A DNA stretch of 64,000 nt from an uncultured Acidimicrobiia bacterium (GCA_963786955.1 CAWBAT010000004.1:672001-736000); one strand, 5' to 3'. Positions 42,095 to 51,807 are shown, counted from the stretch's first letter. Notes: generated by a model from the letters alone, not told the origin. Translations and numbers: made by a program.

Positions 42095-42547
42095 TCAGGC
42101 GCTCGCATCCAGGCTGCTGAGCGCGTTGAGTCTGGACTGATAAGACCGGTTGAGGATCTGTTTCAAAAGAGGGTTCCCAATTTCAGTTTGGTCAATCCGC
42201 TCTTGAATCTCTTCCAGTTCTTCGACCGATTTCGCCTGCTGAATCACCTGCTTGAAATAGCTGAGGTCACCGATGGTCATGATCTCTTGGCTTTCTTCAT
42301 CCTCGATGATCGCCAAATGCCCACTCGGCAGGATCGATCGAATTTTCTGGTAGAGTTTCTCTCGGTATTCAAGGTTGCTCTCGCCAAATTCAGAATGGAA
42401 CCACTCTGCTGTCAGAGAACTAATCCCGCACTGAATATTCAGTTCGGCATAATTATTCGGTTCGGCTTCTGAAGAGTCCAATATCATTTCTTCGATATCA
42501 TCGATCACCGCTGCACTGGAAAAAACTGTTACGATTGTAACTTTCAT
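42095..42547 (-). CDS. Hypothetical protein
   Basis: 150 aa acidic ORF with AGGAG RBS. Confidence 0.65.
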   Translation of the reverse strand: MKVTIVTVFSSAAVIDDIEEMILDSSEAEPNNYAELNIQCGISSLTAEWFHSEFGESNLEYREKLYQKIRSILPSGHLAIIEDEESQEIMTIGDLSYFKQVIQQAKSVEELEEIQERIDQTEIGNPLLKQILNRSYQSRLNALSSLDASA

Positions 42548-42866
42548 AGACTCCTACTTAATTGAGTAAAACCGATTCCAAGATCATTCCACAAAAAGAA
42601 TGCTTTGAATTATAAGAAGATTCGTTTGGCCATGGCAAATATTTTTGCTGAATTCGTCAATGGGATGTTTTTTAGAAAACCCAGTTTTCATTGCATTCTG
42701 GTTCAAATCCAGAGTCGGAGTGCAATAGGAGCAAACAAAACTGCCGAGAACATGTCAGCTGCCCTTCCGTGGACGGATCCATGGTTTACCTTGAGCTTGG
42801 GCCGTGAATCCTCTAATATTCTGCTTCGATTCTATCTTAAATCCCGGATCGACATAAATTAAAGCG

Positions 42867-43202
42867 ATGAAAAAAACTAAGACCCCCAGTGGAGGGCACT
42901 CTCCCAGAAAATCAAAACGCGTGCACCTCAAGATAAGATTTAGACTGAGCGGGAGAGATCTAAATGGAAACCCGTTTGAGGACCTCGTCGAGACCAAAGA
43001 CATCGGAACCAGTGGAGGCAGTCTCTATACTAAACGCGATATTCGGGTTGGCTCAACCTTGAAGTTGTCCGGCCCCAAAGGATTCATCGCTTTGGTTCGA
43101 ATTATCTGGAACGAAGAAGAAGAAAACGGTTCGCGCCGCGTCTTGGGATTCCAATTGCTTGAGCCAAGGGAAGATTGGGTTTTGCAATTTCAGAGCCGCT
43201 AG
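42867..43202 (+). CDS. PilZ-like domain protein
   Basis: RKSKR (RxxxR) and DIGTSG (DxSxxG-like) motifs; GRDLNGNPFE. Confidence 0.75.
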   Translation: MKKTKTPSGGHSPRKSKRVHLKIRFRLSGRDLNGNPFEDLVETKDIGTSGGSLYTKRDIRVGSTLKLSGPKGFIALVRIIWNEEEENGSRRVLGFQLLEPREDWVLQFQSR

Positions 43203-43213
43203 GAGTTGTTCGA

Positions 43214-43894
43214 ATGAAAATTCAGTGGCTTGCGCACGCAACGTTTCTCATCGAAAGCAATGGGCTGCGCATTGTAACGGACCCCTACACCCCCCATGTC
43301 CTGGGCTTTCCAGAAGTTCAGGAACGGGCGGATCTCGTCATTCGGAGCTCGGCGGATGATGAAGGCCACTGCAATGCTGCCATGATCCAGGGAAAACCTG
43401 TTGTCGTTACCGCAACCGAGATTCCTCCCGGTGGAGTTGAGGTTCATGGAATCAAAGTGCTGGCGATCCCGGCACGAGAGAGTCTAATCTATAAGGAAAA
43501 TCCAGGCCTCAACGCCATGTACCGTTTTGCTCTGGAGAGCATACAGATCGCACATCTAGGAGATGTGGGAAACCCGCTCTCGGCCGATCAGGTTGCGGCA
43601 CTGCAGAATACCGATGTTCTCATGGTTCCCGCAGGGGGCCCCCCGACAATCAACCTGGAGGATTTGTGGGATGCCATTGCACTCATTCGGCCCCGAATTG
43701 TGATCCCCATGCATTACCATCTACCGATGACCAAGGTCAAGATGCTTTCCGTGACAGAGTTTACGGCGCACTTCCCCCCGGCTATCGTTGACTGGTGGCC
43801 AAATTCGGAAGTGGAACTCTCGCGGGATTCCCTTCCCAAAGAGTTACGGATTTGGGTGCTCAAACCCGGAGTCTTTTCCAAACCTAGAAAATAG
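43214..43894 (+). CDS. MBL-fold metallo-hydrolase (degenerate HxHxDH motif)
   Basis: WLAHATF, TDPY, HLGD, IPMHY; SADDEGH replaces the canonical HxHxDH. Confidence 0.8.
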   Translation: MKIQWLAHATFLIESNGLRIVTDPYTPHVLGFPEVQERADLVIRSSADDEGHCNAAMIQGKPVVVTATEIPPGGVEVHGIKVLAIPARESLIYKENPGLNAMYRFALESIQIAHLGDVGNPLSADQVAALQNTDVLMVPAGGPPTINLEDLWDAIALIRPRIVIPMHYHLPMTKVKMLSVTEFTAHFPPAIVDWWPNSEVELSRDSLPKELRIWVLKPGVFSKPRK

Positions 43895-43908
43895 CCTTCA
43901 AGAACCCG

Positions 43909-44199
43909 CTAATCGTTTTTTGATCCGGGCAGACCCAGAACGGTTGGGCCATGTTCTTTTTCCATCTCTTGCAACAAAGCCTCAAGAACTTCTCCCGCCG
44001 TTCCAGGGCGCTCCATCTTAGATGACCAGTGCCATTCATCAAGATACTCATCGCTTCCAATGAGGCCTTCCACCATAGCTACGCGGTCGATGGCCTGCTG
44101 GAAAGAATCCGGCAGAGGACGTGAAACTGGCTTGGATCCTTCGAAGACTTTGATCTGCGCCGGGATGTCACGCCAGTAAAGGATTTGATATTGAGCCAT
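43909..44199 (-). CDS. Small 'virulence factor' domain protein of the type seen in corrinoid methyltransferase clusters
   Basis: YWRDIPAQI...LP..FQQAIDRVAM..GL.GSDEYL..W signature. Confidence 0.75.
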   Translation of the reverse strand: MAQYQILYWRDIPAQIKVFEGSKPVSRPLPDSFQQAIDRVAMVEGLIGSDEYLDEWHWSSKMERPGTAGEVLEALLQEMEKEHGPTVLGLPGSKND

Positions 44200-44375
44200 C
44201 TTTTGGTCCTTTCATTGAAGGGTCTCTCCCAAGCACCCCATAGATCGAGAGCCCCGTTTGTCCCAACTCAATGCTTTTTGGCCACAGTGCGAGCTCGCTG
44301 TTGGCATGGCCGAGAGGCCCTTGTTTGAAGGCCTTTTAAGTATCCCTGGTGTCGGGCGAGCTTGCCGCGAAGGGT

Positions 44376-45431
44376 TTAACCGGCCCCAATTCCCGCCTCA
44401 AGCTCTTTACTCCGATAGGCACGAAGGAAGCTGCGACAGCCGATGTCACGGCCAAGCAACAGGTCAGCAGCCACCTGGTAGCTTCGGGATTGCCGGTCCA
44501 TTGCAAACACCTGATCCACTCGACCCGCTGCCGGATCAATGATGCCACTGTCGATCCCCGCTTCGGTGGCCAGAATGAGGAAGACGTTGTTTACCAGTCG
44601 GCGCATCGGAAGCCCGAAGGATACATTACTGAGCCCGCCGGTGATATGGATTTCCGGTCCGAACTTTTCGCGAAGTCTGCGTACTGCCTCGAAATAGTGG
44701 TTCCCAAAATCGCTGTCGACCGATATCGGAAACACCAGAGCATCAATGTAGAGATCCCGAAGAGGAATCCCTTTCTTCAGAGCCAGTTCGACAATTCGCG
44801 TTGCATTGTCAATTCGCTCGACCTCATCTTTCGGCATACCGCTTTCTCCTGCCGCCGACACAACCACTTGAGCTCCAAATTGAACTGCCAAATCCAACGC
44901 CATGATTCGTTCCAATGAAGCGGAATTCAGCAGGGGTTGGCCAGAATGTCCCTGGCAAGCTTCCAAGCCCGCACGAATCGTTTCCGTGTTGGAAGAATCC
45001 ACTGAAAGTGGAACCGGGCATACGGGACGCACAGCGTCGACCAGCCATAGCATGGCCGCTTTTTGGCTTTCGGGACGCAAAGAAACCTCATCGACGTTCA
45101 AATCAATGAAATCGGCTCCGGCATTCAGCTGGACCCGAACCTTCTGGTGCAAATACTCCAAACCCAGCGAGGCTCCAGGCTCTTGCCCCGACATCGCTGC
45201 CTGAATCGCAATTTTGATGTGCTTGATACGCCCTTCCTGGTATTCCTGTGTTTTCTTGTACTCCTCCGGAATGGGGAGATAACGCGGTTCCCCATTGGCC
45301 CCGGTGAACCGGACCGATTCCTGCCCTTCTTCAGTGGTGGTAACAAACTGCCCCCCTCGAAGGAGAATCCTTGTCGCGTGGATATTCTCACCAATAACGA
45401 TGAAATTTCTTCCCAGAGCTTTAATCTCCAT
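44376..45431 (-). CDS. Pterin-binding methyltetrahydrofolate:corrinoid methyltransferase (AcsE/MetH folate-domain-like)
   Basis: IGENIH, DLNVD, SVDSS, LNS, D.LV, GLSNVSFGLP. Confidence 0.88.
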   Translation of the reverse strand: MEIKALGRNFIVIGENIHATRILLRGGQFVTTTEEGQESVRFTGANGEPRYLPIPEEYKKTQEYQEGRIKHIKIAIQAAMSGQEPGASLGLEYLHQKVRVQLNAGADFIDLNVDEVSLRPESQKAAMLWLVDAVRPVCPVPLSVDSSNTETIRAGLEACQGHSGQPLLNSASLERIMALDLAVQFGAQVVVSAAGESGMPKDEVERIDNATRIVELALKKGIPLRDLYIDALVFPISVDSDFGNHYFEAVRRLREKFGPEIHITGGLSNVSFGLPMRRLVNNVFLILATEAGIDSGIIDPAAGRVDQVFAMDRQSRSYQVAADLLLGRDIGCRSFLRAYRSKELEAGIGAG

Positions 45432-45494
45432 TGTGTCTCTCCTGATGATCCGTTATTCCCCTCTTTAACGATTATTTGTTGCACCGAGACTTTA

Positions 45495-47072
45495 TCACGA
45501 TCTTCTTCGACTATGATCCCTCCCGAGAAATTTGTTCATCCAGCCACTGGTCCCTTTGAGAGCAGCATTTTTGATCACTACCGGTCTCTTGAGCATATCT
45601 TCCTCTCCCCCATAGGCCTTGAGTCGATCATAGGACAGCGACCAGATACACTCCTTCTCTCCAACTTCGCATTTGCCACGCCGTGTTCCACCACAAGGGC
45701 CATTCCTCTGGTTTTTGGCACATTGGGATTCCGGGCATAGGTAGGCAATATCCGGTAGTGAGCAATCGCCGCAATCCCGGCAATCGAAGGCAGCGACTTT
45801 CACTCCGTATTCAAGAGCATGCAAGGTTTTCCGCAAAACGCCGTCGGATTTTTCGACCGCTTCACTAATCCACTTTCCTGTCCGAAACCCCAAAGTGTCT
45901 TCAACGAAAACTTTATCATGCGTTAATCGGTTTATCTTGTAACTCAGCGGCACCTGGCGGCGCAAACTTGCCAGCGCTTCCGGAGACTTAGACCGCAGAT
46001 AGGCGCGATTGACCTCCGTTGAATTCAGTCCTGTTTCCAGATCAGGCTCAAAGTAGTAAAATTCGTCGGGCTGATGAAATTGAATCTCTCGAGCAAAATC
46101 TTTCCAATCGTTCTCCCCAAAGCTTTTGATCAATTCCAAGAGCCTTTCAAAATCTCCGTAATCCCAGTGCCCGCCCAAATAGGCACCACGAAACCCCAAC
46201 CCCTTGGCCACGGCGCATTGTTTGGCGGCAAATTCCAATAGGAAAGCTTTGCCTTTGTCCGGAGACTGGGCCTGCTTCTCAACCAGCGTTAACAATTCGT
46301 CCGTGACCACGCAGCCAGGAATTTTATCGGCGTGGAAAAAACGTGCGATGGGCAGACTTAAGACAAACACGTTGGCTAGCACCGGGGCCCTCAAGTGGTG
46401 GAGAGCCATGTACTTTAACAGTTCATCATGTTTTCGCGAGTCAAATCCAATCTGGGTGATAATGAATGAGGCGCCGCATTCTATTTTCTTGGCAAGCTTA
46501 AAATACTGGGGCATCACCTCACGTTCATAGCGTTTGTGATTATTGACCACCGCTCCCAAGAAGAAATGAGTCTGTTCCATCTTGCGTGTTTGACCATTGG
46601 GAAGGGTCAACTCCAAACCGGCATTCATTTCGGAGTACATCTTCAACAACGCTACCGAATCGATATCAAATACGGCACCGGCCTGACCTTGATAGCCATC
46701 GGCCGGAAAGTCACCGGAGAGAGCCAGGATGTTGTTGAACCCTTCACTAGCCAGTTGCCAGCCTCGACTTTGCAATGCATTCCGGTTCCAGTCTTTGCAC
46801 GACAAGTGAATAATGACTTCCTGTCCACGCGAGATAAGATCGGTTCCAAAAGCGTCCGCACCAATCATGGCGTTGCCACCCGGATTGTCGGTGATGCTTA
46901 GCGCATGCACTTGGGGATGCTCTGAAAGTTGCCTGGCCAAATGCAGGACTTTCCGTCCATTGCGACCTGTAATGAGCCCTCGCGAGGTCACTAGTTCTGC
47001 CACCGTGACAAATGTATCCGTTTCCTCGATAAGCTCACGCAAAGGCATTTTCGGCCATTCACCGGGTTGCAT
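45495..47072 (-). CDS. metF: Methylenetetrahydrofolate reductase MetF fused to a Cys-rich MetV/MTHFR_C domain
   Basis: ITDNP, HLSCKD, ALSGD, IITQ; C-terminal CRDCGDC...CPESQCAKNQRNGPCGG...CE...CIW. Confidence 0.85.
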   Translation of the reverse strand: MQPGEWPKMPLRELIEETDTFVTVAELVTSRGLITGRNGRKVLHLARQLSEHPQVHALSITDNPGGNAMIGADAFGTDLISRGQEVIIHLSCKDWNRNALQSRGWQLASEGFNNILALSGDFPADGYQGQAGAVFDIDSVALLKMYSEMNAGLELTLPNGQTRKMEQTHFFLGAVVNNHKRYEREVMPQYFKLAKKIECGASFIITQIGFDSRKHDELLKYMALHHLRAPVLANVFVLSLPIARFFHADKIPGCVVTDELLTLVEKQAQSPDKGKAFLLEFAAKQCAVAKGLGFRGAYLGGHWDYGDFERLLELIKSFGENDWKDFAREIQFHQPDEFYYFEPDLETGLNSTEVNRAYLRSKSPEALASLRRQVPLSYKINRLTHDKVFVEDTLGFRTGKWISEAVEKSDGVLRKTLHALEYGVKVAAFDCRDCGDCSLPDIAYLCPESQCAKNQRNGPCGGTRRGKCEVGEKECIWSLSYDRLKAYGGEEDMLKRPVVIKNAALKGTSGWMNKFLGRDHSRRRS

Positions 47073-47074
47073 CG

Positions 47075-48724
47075 CTATCCCTTCCTTCCGGGAACCGCCA
47101 AAGAGACAATGTCGTTCGGCATTGGCTTGAATTGGCAGCCCTCAACAAAAAGCTCGAAGAAATCAGGTATGGTTTCCAACTCAATGTGAGTAATATTCTT
47201 TAACAATTTCTGAATGAAATCCCTCCGACTCCTTGAAACTAAAAATTCCCATGCGCCCTGGACTGAGGCATTCCCGATCTTCACGACTCGTTCCTGCGGG
47301 ACAGGTGCCAGAAAACCAATCTCCATGGCATTGGCCACATCCACGTAATTGGCGAATCCCCCCGCCAGGTAGAGTTTCCGAATATCGGCCGGGCCCACGC
47401 CAAATTCCCGCATCAGGATGTATTGCCCGCAATAGTTGGCAGCTTTGGCCTGGGCCAGATAACTGGCATCCTCCCGAGAGAAGGTGATGCCGTATTCTGG
47501 CACGATGTCCAGGACATACTTCTTGTCTTTAAAAACCCCTTTGGGTGTCATGAGTTCATGGCATCGCAATTCTGCCAGCAGGTCTATGAGACCAGAGCCA
47601 CAAATTCCCTGCGGGGCAACATCGCCAATCGTCCGGTAGTCAAACTCCCCTGCCTTCCAGGAAAAACTCTCGATGGCGCCATCACAGCCCGGCATCCCAA
47701 ACTTGACCGCACCTCCTTCAAAGGCGGGCCCGGCCGGACAGGAAGCAATCAACATCCGGCCCGCATGCCCGATGACGACCTCAGTGTTGGTCCCGACATC
47801 CACGACCATGACCACGTCCTGTTGGGAGTCCATGTCCATCGCCAGTAAATCCGCCACCGTATCGGCGCCAACATGACTCGCGATCAACGGCATGCCGTAA
47901 ACCCTGGCTTTGGGATGAACCTGGATGCCAAGCTTACTCGCCTTTTCAATTAAGGCCGTATCCTGACGTTTTCCTGCAAGCATTTCTAATTCGATGACCG
48001 ATTTGTACGGCTTCTGCCCGATGCTCTGCACATCGATGTCGAAAAACAAGTCTCTCATCGTGGAATTTCCCGCCACGACAATTTCGTAGATCTCTTCACG
48101 ATTCACGCCGGCGATTCGGCAAATTTCTCGAACCTCATGATTCAGGGCGTGAATGATCGACTTGTGTAATTCCCCATGAAACCGCCCCCCGTCATAAGAA
48201 ATCCGGTGCATCACATCGCTTCCCCCAAACCGCTGCGGGTTATCAAAAGAGCTCAAGTAAAGGGAGGAACCCGTTTCCAGATCGACCAGGTCACACACCA
48301 CCGTCGTAGTGCCCAGATCCATCGCGATTCCGTAAAGATGGCCACGATACCGGTCAATCGGTTCCTCCCCGTAATACACTTCATTCCCCCGGTGTGTCAC
48401 CTGGGGATCCATTTGGAGGGATTTCTCCTGACGGGAAGTGAGGATTTTGGAGCGCCGGCGCCATGGCACAAAGCGGATGTCAAGGGTCGGATTTTCGATT
48501 TTCGCCTGGCAGGCAAGCCGGCATGGATTTCGCAGGAAAGATTCCGCTTGAGTAGTCGAATTCAATGCGTCCAGACCTTCGACAACCTCAACAATGCACT
48601 CATGGCAGGTCCCTTTGCGCCCGCAGGTGCTCGGTAATGGGACGGCAAGAACATCCGCGCATTCAAACAGAGACTCCCCGTAATTCCCCAAACACAATCT
48701 TCCTTCACAGGATATGGTCGCCAT
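47075..48724 (-). CDS. ATP-dependent corrinoid reductive activator (RACo/RamA-like, 2Fe-2S + ASKHA, DUF4445)
   Basis: CGRKGTCHEC...RLAC, DLGTTT, DVGTNTE, GPAFEG, GICGSG, AGGF. Confidence 0.9.
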   Translation of the reverse strand: MATISCEGRLCLGNYGESLFECADVLAVPLPSTCGRKGTCHECIVEVVEGLDALNSTTQAESFLRNPCRLACQAKIENPTLDIRFVPWRRRSKILTSRQEKSLQMDPQVTHRGNEVYYGEEPIDRYRGHLYGIAMDLGTTTVVCDLVDLETGSSLYLSSFDNPQRFGGSDVMHRISYDGGRFHGELHKSIIHALNHEVREICRIAGVNREEIYEIVVAGNSTMRDLFFDIDVQSIGQKPYKSVIELEMLAGKRQDTALIEKASKLGIQVHPKARVYGMPLIASHVGADTVADLLAMDMDSQQDVVMVVDVGTNTEVVIGHAGRMLIASCPAGPAFEGGAVKFGMPGCDGAIESFSWKAGEFDYRTIGDVAPQGICGSGLIDLLAELRCHELMTPKGVFKDKKYVLDIVPEYGITFSREDASYLAQAKAANYCGQYILMREFGVGPADIRKLYLAGGFANYVDVANAMEIGFLAPVPQERVVKIGNASVQGAWEFLVSRSRRDFIQKLLKNITHIELETIPDFFELFVEGCQFKPMPNDIVSLAVPGRKG

Positions 48725-48790
48725 CTTAGAAGCATCCGGGGCAGGAGACCCATTCTCTAACCGCGTGTCTCTCTTTCCCCTGGTTCCTCG

Positions 48791-49030
48791 CTATGATTCC
48801 CAGGCACCGCGATAGTCTAACTGATCGTCCCCGGCACAAATTGGCAGGCTGCCTGCGTCCGGAGATTTCCGCTTGTTCCGGCATCCGAAGTTTGCAGTGC
48901 ACTGATTGAGGCGGTTCTTATAGGGGCAACGGCATTGGGAGAGTTCGTCGGCATGAACAACCATACTGGCAAATAATTCTGTGAGCTGATTTAAACTTCT
49001 TTGATAGCGCTCCGGATCTATTTTTTGCAT
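48791..49030 (-). CDS. Small Cys-rich hypothetical protein
   Basis: 79 aa, CRCPY...C...FGC...C; 3 nt downstream of the corrinoid gene. Confidence 0.75.
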   Translation of the reverse strand: MQKIDPERYQRSLNQLTELFASMVVHADELSQCRCPYKNRLNQCTANFGCRNKRKSPDAGSLPICAGDDQLDYRGAWES

Positions 49031-49033
49031 ATC

Positions 49034-49798
49034 TTATGAATTCCTAACACCGGCCTTCACGCCAAGCAATTGCTTCGCTAGTGCCACACATGCCATTGCA
49101 TCTTTCCCGTAACCGTCGGCCCCCATATCATCGGCAAAATCCTGAGTGACCGGAGCCCCTCCGACCATGATTTTGACCTCATCCCGAAGTCCTGCATCAA
49201 TGAAGGCCTCGATCGTCTTGCCCATGTTCGGCATCGTTGTCGTCAACAAAGCTGACATCCCGAGGAGAGGGGCATGGTGCTCTTCAAATGCCTCGATGAA
49301 ACGGTCAGGCGACGTGTCCACGCCTAGGTCATGAACAATAAACCCTGAACCTCGTAACATCATGATGCACAGATTCTTCCCAATGTCATGGAGGTCACCC
49401 TTGACTGTTCCCATGATCACGGTTCCCATCGGTTTAATGCCCGAGGCCGAAAGAATCGGCTCAATGTGACACATACCAGCTTTCATCGCACGAGCGCAAG
49501 CCAAAACCTCCGGAACATAAATGAAGTTCTGCCGGAATTTGATCCCTACGATCGCCATCCCGGCAATCAATCCGTTGTCCATGACATCCAGAGCCTCAAA
49601 TCCTTTATCCAGGGCTTGGCGCGTCAACTGGTCAACGCCCTTATTTTCCCCTTCGATCAGGGCTGCCGCAATGGCCTGGAGTTCCGGATGCGCTTTGGCA
49701 AACAATTGGATGATGCGCGCCCGTTCCTCCGGTCGTTCTATATATTCTTCTATTTCTGTTCGAATGAACTCATTTTGAATATCGTTGACTTCGACCAT
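49034..49798 (-). CDS. Corrinoid (cobalamin)-binding methyl-carrier protein
   Basis: YVPEVL cap domain, GDLHDIGKN (DxHxxG), SALLTT, VGGAPV. Confidence 0.93.
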   Translation of the reverse strand: MVEVNDIQNEFIRTEIEEYIERPEERARIIQLFAKAHPELQAIAAALIEGENKGVDQLTRQALDKGFEALDVMDNGLIAGMAIVGIKFRQNFIYVPEVLACARAMKAGMCHIEPILSASGIKPMGTVIMGTVKGDLHDIGKNLCIMMLRGSGFIVHDLGVDTSPDRFIEAFEEHHAPLLGMSALLTTTMPNMGKTIEAFIDAGLRDEVKIMVGGAPVTQDFADDMGADGYGKDAMACVALAKQLLGVKAGVRNS

Positions 49799-49915
49799 GA
49801 AGACCTCATCAAAAATGGAATATGGGCATGACTTCGTGCCGGTGTCGGCGCCCCTGGCCCCCGGCTGGTAGAGGACCGGCTAGAATGCGTCCCTGTAATA
49901 CCGGCGATTCCAGTT

Positions 49916-50989
49916 TCAGGCGGTGGTTCCTGGCGCCGCCTTGGTGCGGTGCTCTCGATGCCAGTCACGCACAGCCTTGGGAATCTCCTTCAGGTTCTCA
50001 ATGGCTGTTTGAAGGGGTATAGCGCATTCGGGACCGACTAGCTGTACACCGGCCTCCAGATTCTTATAGACTTCCCGACGGACTTCTTCAGGACCTTTCG
50101 AGAAAAGCGTCTCCGGATTATTGATATTCCCGACCAGGGAGATGCGGTTTCGTACAACGTTCATTGACTCCACCGGCTCGTTTTTTGAGTCGTAATGGAA
50201 GGCGGCCATTCCTGTCTGCGCGATATATTCCATGCGGTCTACGGTCTTGCCGCAGATATGCAAAATAATGGGAGCAGGCAGTCGCTCGGCAAATTCCACA
50301 TGGAGATCACGCAGGTAACGGGCGTAATATTCACCGCTGACCAAATCACCCGTGGCATGATCCGGCAAGGTCAAAGCGTCCGCTCCCGCTTCGATCTGGG
50401 CTAAACCAAACAAGACCGTGATTTCTTTGAGCTTGTCGAGGACAGCTTTGGTCTTTCCCGGGTCATCTAATGACAACAGCAAAAAGGGTTCCACTCCAAA
50501 GCAGTGATAAGCCAGGGACCAGGGCCCCATCGTTTTCCCAATAATGGCTACGGCATCGCCCAATTCTTTTCTGAGCAGCTTGATTGCCTGAAGCACACAC
50601 TGCATGTCGGGATGTTTCAGAAGATTCGAAGGAATTTGAATATCGTCAACATCCTGCCAAATCGGCTCACGCATTTTAACGGTCGGCCAGTTGTCTTTTT
50701 GTTCCCACTGAATCTTGCATCCTAATGCTGAAGATTCCTGGATAATGCTGAAGACCGGCATCACACTATCGAAACCTAACTCGGTATGCCCGGTCGCGGC
50801 CAGACGGGCCATAGTTTCCGGAACGCGATTGGCATCCGGAAAGGGAGCATCCACCAGGTCCATCAGCTCTACGGTGGCTACTGATGTTGGATTGCAAACT
50901 GGCGTTTGATCCACGGGTTCACGGCGCAAAGCCGCGAGAACGCGTTGCCGCCCGGTCATGGGAGGAATGGTCTGACCTACACTGTGCAT
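49916..50989 (-). CDS. MtaA/CmuA-family methyltransferase (URO-D superfamily)
   Basis: RVLAAL..EPVD..PV.NPTSVATVELMD, Zn ligands HICG and GPEC, GNIN. Confidence 0.9.
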   Translation of the reverse strand: MHSVGQTIPPMTGRQRVLAALRREPVDQTPVCNPTSVATVELMDLVDAPFPDANRVPETMARLAATGHTELGFDSVMPVFSIIQESSALGCKIQWEQKDNWPTVKMREPIWQDVDDIQIPSNLLKHPDMQCVLQAIKLLRKELGDAVAIIGKTMGPWSLAYHCFGVEPFLLLSLDDPGKTKAVLDKLKEITVLFGLAQIEAGADALTLPDHATGDLVSGEYYARYLRDLHVEFAERLPAPIILHICGKTVDRMEYIAQTGMAAFHYDSKNEPVESMNVVRNRISLVGNINNPETLFSKGPEEVRREVYKNLEAGVQLVGPECAIPLQTAIENLKEIPKAVRDWHREHRTKAAPGTTA

Positions 50990-51033
50990 CTCATTCTCCT
51001 TTACACAATTGTCAACGGAGGATACGTGCTGAG

Positions 51034-51690
51034 CTAGAGATTCATCGATTGATTCTGGGCGCTAGGTGGCGCAAGAATACCCTTCGACGCCGCCAACTCC
51101 TGCTCCCGGAGCACAGCCCGAACATTCAAGGCCCTCCCGAGCAGTAGACCAATGAGTGGATCGTGTCGTTGGCCGCAGGGAAAGGAAAGCTGATTCGAAC
51201 CCTGTTCTTCTATCCGCAATTCAGCAAGTTTAGTCAACCCTTGGGCGACAGCGGAAATCCGGAGGGGCTTCTCTTCATTGTCCGGGCCATCCGCCGTCAA
51301 CTCATAGCTGAACCCCGGACCCATGGTCACCCGGATCGTCCGATTTGATTTCTTGTCGAAGATTAACAACTCTTTGGGAACCAACAAACTTCCATTCGGT
51401 ATCTTGCAAACTTCCAGAAAGACCCGTCTACAAGCCTTCAGATGGTCCCCATGGCAAGGAAAACGAACCCGCCCCGAGCCATCCTGGAGAAACTCCATCC
51501 CTCCCAAAGTGACCATTCCCTCGCCGATAAACCGGATTCGGTCCATCGCTTCCGGGCGTTGACTATAAGTATGGACCAGAAATTCCGGCCCCCGACCATG
51601 GTCTTGTAGATAAAGCGCAATCGAGATGTTCAGGCAATGGGGGTCCATCGACACCAGCTCAATGCGCTTGCCAATATCGATCGTAAGCAT
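51034..51690 (-). CDS. Hypothetical protein with two FPCxxxH repeats; first gene of the methyltransferase operon
   Basis: GAGGAG RBS before ATG 51690; RFPCHGDH and SFPCGQRH. Confidence 0.75.
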   Translation of the reverse strand: MLTIDIGKRIELVSMDPHCLNISIALYLQDHGRGPEFLVHTYSQRPEAMDRIRFIGEGMVTLGGMEFLQDGSGRVRFPCHGDHLKACRRVFLEVCKIPNGSLLVPKELLIFDKKSNRTIRVTMGPGFSYELTADGPDNEEKPLRISAVAQGLTKLAELRIEEQGSNQLSFPCGQRHDPLIGLLLGRALNVRAVLREQELAASKGILAPPSAQNQSMNL

Positions 51691-51780
51691 CTTGATCCAA
51701 TCTCCTCGAAATGGGTTCCAGCCAACTTGCCCCAAATTTTCTTGACCGGCATCCGGTCATTCCGTTAACCTTGGAGTCAG

Positions 51781-51807
51781 TTCTCAGGTTGTCTGACAAC
51801 TTGAGAA
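51781..51807. promoter_or_regulatory. FadR/GntR-type operator palindrome TTCTCAGGTTGTC-T-GACAACTTGAGAA
   Basis: 27-bp inverted repeat with one mismatch, core TTGTCTGACAA, overlapping the -10 element and predicted start site of the operon promoter; FadR gene is divergent. Confidence 0.7.

Noticed and set aside
44376-48724. Wood-Ljungdahl (acs) cluster
   Set aside because: AcsE-, AcsV- and MetVF-like genes are present but acsA/B/C/D are not; the corrinoid protein is the DxHxxG type.
49034-50989. Calling the genes cmuA or a pyrrolysine methylamine methyltransferase
   Set aside because: The methyltransferase and corrinoid domains are unfused, the N-terminus looks MtaA-like rather than CmuA-like, and there is no MttB-type gene or in-frame amber codon.
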